From: Kiritimatiellales bacterium | Lineage (GTDB): Bacteria; Verrucomicrobiota; Kiritimatiellia; Kiritimatiellales; Pontiellaceae | Direction: 5' to 3' | DNA: 64,000 nucleotides | Assembly: GCA_021734345.1 (NCBI GenBank) | Contig: JAIPJC010000001.1 | Span: forward strand, 15,734 to 79,733 | Shown here: piece by piece, positions 59,422-64,000 of the stretch | How positions within the stretch are numbered: the first letter of the stretch is position 1 | Layout: each line of letters starts with the position of its first letter | Program-made: the position numbers and the translations under genes | Notes under the pieces: model-generated | The model's input: the letters and a program-made list of their open reading frames with translations, nothing else | Databases searched by the model: none | What the model was told of the DNA's origin: nothing

Positions 59422-60375
59422 ATGCATCGGAGGTTGTTGACCGCAAAGGCGCCAAGACGCGATGGTTTCTGTTCTTTGCGTCTTGGCGTCTTGGCGGTCT
59501 TTCCCTTTTTGCTGTTTGGTTGCAAACCTGATGGACAGGCGGAATTTCCGCCGTTCGACGGGCGGCGGGCGTTCGCGGAAGTCGAGGCGCTGGTCAAAAT
59601 CACCCCGCGCGATGCGGGAACCGCCAACGCCCGGAAAGCGGCGGAGCATATCCGCCAGCGGCTGGAAAGCTTCGGCGTGGCGGCGGAGATCGACACCTTC
59701 AATGACAAAACCCCGGACGGGGAACAAACCTTCCACAACGTGGTGGGCCGGATTCCAGGAAAGACGGACAAATGGATCATCCTCGGCTCGCATTTCGACA
59801 CGATGCCGGGCATTAAAAACTTCCAAGGAGCGAACGACGGCGGCTCCAGCACGGGCGTACTGCTGGAACTCGCACGCATGCTGGCCGGCCAGCGACCCAG
59901 AGTTGGAATCATCTTCGCCTTCTTCGATGGCGAGGAAGGCATTGCCGACTACGGCCCGAACGACGGCCTGCACGGCAGCCGCCACCTGGCCACCACATTG
60001 GTGGAAACGGGCAAGGTCAAGACGATCCAGTCCATGGTGCTGCTCGATATGGTTGGCGACAAGGACCTGCATTTCACCATTCCCTTCAATAGCTCTCGCA
60101 CGCTCGTTAAGGAAGTGCTCGATGCCGCCCATGCCGCCGGGCACCGTGATCGCTTCACGCTTTCGCTCGGCATGGTCATCACCGACGACCACCAGCCGTT
60201 CCTCGACGCGGGCGTGCCAGCCATCGACCTGATTGACTTCCGGTTTGGGTCGGCACCGGGGCTAAACGACTATTGGCATACCGATGCCGACAACCTGGAA
60301 AACATCGGCTCCCAAAGCCTGGAAACCACCGGCAATATTCTCCTTAAACTACTGGAGCAAACGGCTCTCGATTAA
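59422..60375 (+). CDS. M28-family peptidase / glutaminyl-cyclase-like lipoprotein
   Basis: Lipobox LFGC, SHFDT, GANDGGS, FDGEE, LDMVG, DDH.PF, WHT..D. Confidence 0.88.
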   Translation: MHRRLLTAKAPRRDGFCSLRLGVLAVFPFLLFGCKPDGQAEFPPFDGRRAFAEVEALVKITPRDAGTANARKAAEHIRQRLESFGVAAEIDTFNDKTPDGEQTFHNVVGRIPGKTDKWIILGSHFDTMPGIKNFQGANDGGSSTGVLLELARMLAGQRPRVGIIFAFFDGEEGIADYGPNDGLHGSRHLATTLVETGKVKTIQSMVLLDMVGDKDLHFTIPFNSSRTLVKEVLDAAHAAGHRDRFTLSLGMVITDDHQPFLDAGVPAIDLIDFRFGSAPGLNDYWHTDADNLENIGSQSLETTGNILLKLLEQTALD

Positions 60376-60488
60376 TAAACCGACCATTCCAATTACCTAT
60401 TAGCTGTTTTTGGATAAACGGGCTTGCAAGGCATATCCTTTTAACTAAACTGGCCGCTCATTTTTTATCGAAAACCCGGAGAACAATC

Positions 60489-61100
60489 ATGGCTGAAGAA
60501 CTGAAGCATTTGATCGAACAGATTCAGAAAGAAGGCGTTGAGAAAGCCGAAGAACAGGCAAACACCATTATTTCCCAGGCCAAGGACAAGGCCGCAAAAA
60601 TCATCAAGGAAGCCGAACAAAAAGCGCACGACGCATTGCTGAAAGCCAAGAACGAATCGGAAGCCTTTGCGGAACGCTCCGTCAAAACCCTCGAACAGGC
60701 CGCCCGCGACTTGTTGATCACGGTTGGCCAAGGCTGCGAAAAAGTGGTCATGGCGGTACTCGGCAAGGAAGTCGACGGCGCCCTCTCCGCCGAGCTGCTT
60801 CAGAAAATGATCCTGAACGTGACCGCACAGGACAAGGGCGGCGTGATCGAACTGAGCGTGAGCGACGCCGACAAGGCCGCCCTCGCCGCATTCTGTGCCG
60901 CGCAAGCCAAGAAAGACGGCAAGGAAATCGCGTTGAACTCCGATTCGGAAATCCTCAGCGGCTTCAAAGTAGGTTTCAAGGACAAGAACGTCTATCTGGA
61001 CTTCACCGGCGATGCGGTGGCGAACGCCCTCGGATCCTTCCTCCGTCCGGAACTCGCGAAAACCGTCAGCGGCATTGCCCGCGAACAAATCAAAGCCTAA
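60489..61100 (+). CDS. V/A-type ATP synthase subunit E
   Basis: Coiled-coil N-terminus (IQKEGVEKAEEQA), GFKVG..DFT. First gene of the operon. Confidence 0.85.
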   Translation: MAEELKHLIEQIQKEGVEKAEEQANTIISQAKDKAAKIIKEAEQKAHDALLKAKNESEAFAERSVKTLEQAARDLLITVGQGCEKVVMAVLGKEVDGALSAELLQKMILNVTAQDKGGVIELSVSDADKAALAAFCAAQAKKDGKEIALNSDSEILSGFKVGFKDKNVYLDFTGDAVANALGSFLRPELAKTVSGIAREQIKA

Positions 61101-61107
61101 GCGATCC

Positions 61108-61650
61108 ATGGCCTACTATTCCCTCATAGCCAGCCTACCTAGCGTTCAAATCGGGGACGAACCGCCCTTCTCCACCGAAGGGTACGTTGATGCTTGCTCG
61201 CAGTGGGTGACCGGACGCGAAGCGGAAATCCTGCGCAAGGTCCTGCTCGACGCGCCCGATATTGCACCATGCCCGCTCTGCGAAGCGTGGAACAACATCG
61301 AAACCCAGTTGCGCAACGCGGTCGTGCGCCAACGCGCCCACAAGCTGGGCGTCGATGCCAAGGAATATCTCCAACCGCACGACGGGTTCAGCGGCACCAT
61401 CGAAGCCATGGTTACCGATGCGTTCACCCGCAACGACCCGGTTGAACTCGAACAGGAACTTGATCGCGCCCGCTGGCAAATGGCGGAGGAACTGATCGGA
61501 CTGGATCCCTTCGCCTTCGAGAAGGTCTTGGCCTATGGAATCCAGTTGAAGATCGTCGAGCGGTGGAACCGCATGGATGTGCATACCGGCAAGGAAAAGC
61601 TCGAGGCTGTCATTGTCGCAAATACGGAAAAAGAGGAACCCACGGAATAA
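61108..61650 (+). CDS. DUF2764 protein (V-ATPase operon; subunit C-like)
   Basis: YYSLIASLP, LD.ARW, F.FEKVLAY..QL...ERW. Lies between subunits E and A. Confidence 0.8.
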   Translation: MAYYSLIASLPSVQIGDEPPFSTEGYVDACSQWVTGREAEILRKVLLDAPDIAPCPLCEAWNNIETQLRNAVVRQRAHKLGVDAKEYLQPHDGFSGTIEAMVTDAFTRNDPVELEQELDRARWQMAEELIGLDPFAFEKVLAYGIQLKIVERWNRMDVHTGKEKLEAVIVANTEKEEPTE

Positions 61651-61695
61651 GATCTCCGGGGTTCATGTTTTTATTGGGATAGAGGATATAGAATT

Positions 61696-63432
61696 ATGAG
61701 CGAAAACATTGGAAAAATCGTTGGGGTGAACGGCAACCTGCTGAAGGTTGAGTTCAATATGCCCGTCATCCAGAACGAGGTGGCCTATGCCTGCGTCGGC
61801 GACCTTAGACTAAAGGCGGAAGTGATCCGCGTCCGCGGCAACAACGCCGAACTGCAGGTATTCGAAAGCACCACCGGCGTAAAGGTCGGCGACCCGGTTG
61901 AATTCACCGGCGACCTGCTTTCCGTTGAACTCGGGCCGGGACTCCTGACCCAGGTTTTTGATGGATTGCAAAATCCGCTGCCGGCCCTGGCCGAACAATG
62001 CGGCTTCTTCCTCCAGCGCGGAACCTATCTCAAGGCGTTGCCCCGCGATGTCAAGTGGGCATACACCCCGGCACTCAAAGTTGGCGACGTCGTCGTGGCC
62101 GGCGACACGATCGGCACCATTCCGGAAGGCCTGTTCGCCCACCGCGTCATGGTTCCTTTCAAGCTGCGCGGCAAATGGACGGTTGATAAGGCCGCCCCGG
62201 CCGGCGATTACACCGTCGAGGAAACCGTCGCCGTGCTGAAGGACGAAAAGGGCAACACCGCCGATGCCAAAATCATGCAGATCTGGCCCGTTAAAATGCC
62301 GATCAAATGCTACGCCGAGCGCTTGCGCCCGACCGAATCGATGGCGACCAAGCTCCGCACCATCGATACCTTCTTCCCCGTTGCCAAAGGCGGCACCTTC
62401 TGCGTTCCAGGTCCGTTCGGTGCGGGTAAAACCGTGTTGCAACAGATCATGTCGCGCAACGCCGAAGTCGACGTCGTAATCATCGCGGCCTGCGGCGAGC
62501 GCGCCGGCGAGGTGGTGGAAACACTCCGTGAATTTCCGGAACTGACCGACCCGCGCACCGGCAAAAGCCTGATGGAACGCACGATCATCATTTGCAACAC
62601 CAGCTCCATGCCGGTGGGCGCCCGCGGAGCTTCGGTGTACACCGGCGTGACGCTGGCGGAATACTACCGCCAAATGGGACTCCACGTCCTCCTGCTGGCC
62701 GACTCCACTTCCCGCTGGGCGCAGGCGCTGCGGGAAATGTCCGGCCGCCTGGAGGAAATCCCCGGCGAAGAAGCCTTCCCGGCCTATCTCGAATCGGTTA
62801 TCGCCGCCTTCTACGAACGCGGCGGCGTGGTTCGCCTCAACAACGGAACCACCGGATCCGTCACCATCGGCGGAACGGTTTCCCCGGCCGGCGGCAACTT
62901 TGAAGAACCGGTGACGCAGGCGACCCTGAAGGTGGTTGGCGCATTCCACGGCCTGTCCCGTTCCCGCTCCGATGCCCGCCGCTACCCCGCCATCGACCCG
63001 CTCGACAGCTGGAGCAAATACCCCAGCGTCGTGGACCAGGACAACGTGGCGACCGCCCGCAAACTGCTGCGCGACGGCAACGAAGTCGGACAGATGATGA
63101 AGGTGGTCGGCGAAGAAGGCACTTCGATCGACAATTTCGTGGTCTACCTCAAGTCCGAATATGTGGACGCCACCTACTTGCAGCAGAACGCCTTCGACGA
63201 GGTCGACTCTTCGAACTCCGTCGAGCGCCAGGAATATGTTTTTGGCAAGCTGCTGGGGATGTTGAAGACCAAGCTGAAGTTCGCCAGCAAGGACGACGCA
63301 CGCAGCTTCTTCCACAAGCTTACCCAGGCATGCCGCGACTGGAACAGCAACGCGTTCCAATCGGCTGAATTTAAACAAACAGAAGAGCAGATGGGAAAGA
63401 TGCTCGCGGAGGTTTCGGATTATGCAGAATAA
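61696..63432 (+). CDS. atpA: V/A-type ATP synthase subunit A
   Basis: [39 protein letters not shown]. Confidence 0.95.
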   Translation: MSENIGKIVGVNGNLLKVEFNMPVIQNEVAYACVGDLRLKAEVIRVRGNNAELQVFESTTGVKVGDPVEFTGDLLSVELGPGLLTQVFDGLQNPLPALAEQCGFFLQRGTYLKALPRDVKWAYTPALKVGDVVVAGDTIGTIPEGLFAHRVMVPFKLRGKWTVDKAAPAGDYTVEETVAVLKDEKGNTADAKIMQIWPVKMPIKCYAERLRPTESMATKLRTIDTFFPVAKGGTFCVPGPFGAGKTVLQQIMSRNAEVDVVIIAACGERAGEVVETLREFPELTDPRTGKSLMERTIIICNTSSMPVGARGASVYTGVTLAEYYRQMGLHVLLLADSTSRWAQALREMSGRLEEIPGEEAFPAYLESVIAAFYERGGVVRLNNGTTGSVTIGGTVSPAGGNFEEPVTQATLKVVGAFHGLSRSRSDARRYPAIDPLDSWSKYPSVVDQDNVATARKLLRDGNEVGQMMKVVGEEGTSIDNFVVYLKSEYVDATYLQQNAFDEVDSSNSVERQEYVFGKLLGMLKTKLKFASKDDARSFFHKLTQACRDWNSNAFQSAEFKQTEEQMGKMLAEVSDYAE

Positions 63433-64000
63433 AGTCTACCACCGGATCGAACAGATTACCGGCAGCGTCATCGTGGTCAAGGCCGACGGTGTAATCAACG
63501 GCGAACTGGCGCAAGTCGAGGCCGCCCATGGCATGTCGCTCGCACAGGTGATCCGCCTGGAAAATGAAAACGTCTACCTGCAGGTCTTCGCGGGCGGGCG
63601 CGGTGTCAGTACCGACACCAAGGTTCGCTTCCTCGGCCGCACCATGCAGGTTCCCTTCTCGGAAAACCTGCTCGGCCGCATTTTTACCGGCTCCGGCGTA
63701 CCGCGCGACAAGGGCCCGGCCATCACCGAAAACATGATCGAGATCGGCGGACCGTCCGTCAATCCGGCCAAGCGCATCATTCCGCGCAACATGGTGCGTA
63801 CCGGCATCCCGATGATCGACCTGTTCAACACGCTGGTCGAATCGCAGAAGCTTCCGATCTTTTCGGTGGCGGGCGAACCCTACAACGAGCTGCTCGCGCA
63901 GATCGCCTTGCAGGCCGAAGTCGACGTGATCGTCCTCGGCGGCATGGGCTTGAAGCACGACGACTACCTCTTCTTCCGCGACAAGCTGGACGAAAGCGGC
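63422..64000 (+). CDS. atpB: V/A-type ATP synthase subunit B (3'-partial)
   Basis: ATG at 63422 reads [57 protein letters not shown]. Runs off the window. Confidence 0.92.
   Translation, partial: MQNKVYHRIEQITGSVIVVKADGVINGELAQVEAAHGMSLAQVIRLENENVYLQVFAGGRGVSTDTKVRFLGRTMQVPFSENLLGRIFTGSGVPRDKGPAITENMIEIGGPSVNPAKRIIPRNMVRTGIPMIDLFNTLVESQKLPIFSVAGEPYNELLAQIALQAEVDVIVLGGMGLKHDDYLFFRDKLDESG

Noticed and set aside
61810-63378. 522-aa antisense ORF, and similar long shadow ORFs (e.g. 7843-9090, 40635-41828, 41695-42933, 58593-59942)
   Set aside because: Antisense shadows of well-supported genes in GC-rich DNA, with no recognisable motifs.

Overview
GC-rich bacterial chromosome segment, most likely from a Kiritimatiellota/Verrucomicrobiota (PVC) polysaccharide degrader such as Pontiella. 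This taxonomy is an inference from the PEP-CTERM and IRLIIE-ending secreted proteins and the V-type ATPase with DUF2764. Layout: AT-rich partial Abi-like gene, hrpA and psd-pssA (1-6.9 kb); a ~28 kb carbohydrate-utilisation island (7-36.9 kb); a five-gene translationally coupled electron-transfer operon (37.9-45.8 kb); then fetAB-like ABC genes, leuB, M48 peptidase, DUF1015, DAHP synthase/chorismate mutase, recA, a ParE-type TA pair, an AT-rich SIR2-like gene, a truncated plus intact trehalase tandem bounded by palindromic repeats, an M28 peptidase and the start of a V/A-type ATP synthase operon. The island holds a kinase-free split-transketolase/SDR/ADH/ALDH catabolic cluster, an IclR-sensor/AraC-HTH hybrid regulator, three mosaic secreted beta-repeat proteins, a LamG-GH2 hydrolase, a hydrazine-synthase-like (HzsA-like + HzsBC-like) heme pair decorated with LamG modules, and a Gfo/Idh/MocA + DUF1080 pair. 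The electron-transfer operon encodes an Fe-S/FAD NAD(P)H oxidoreductase, a heme-b-type membrane protein, a 20-heme cytochrome, a 31-heme lipoprotein cytochrome and a beta-barrel porin. Strongest novelty candidates: (1) a putative quinone-independent NAD(P)H-to-cell-surface ~51-heme conduit; (2) a hydrazine-synthase-like complex inside a glycan locus, tied to the rest of the island by a 36-bp motif found ungapped in five promoters. No rRNA, tRNA, CRISPR array or transposase was recognised. Family assignments come from motif recognition, not database searches.
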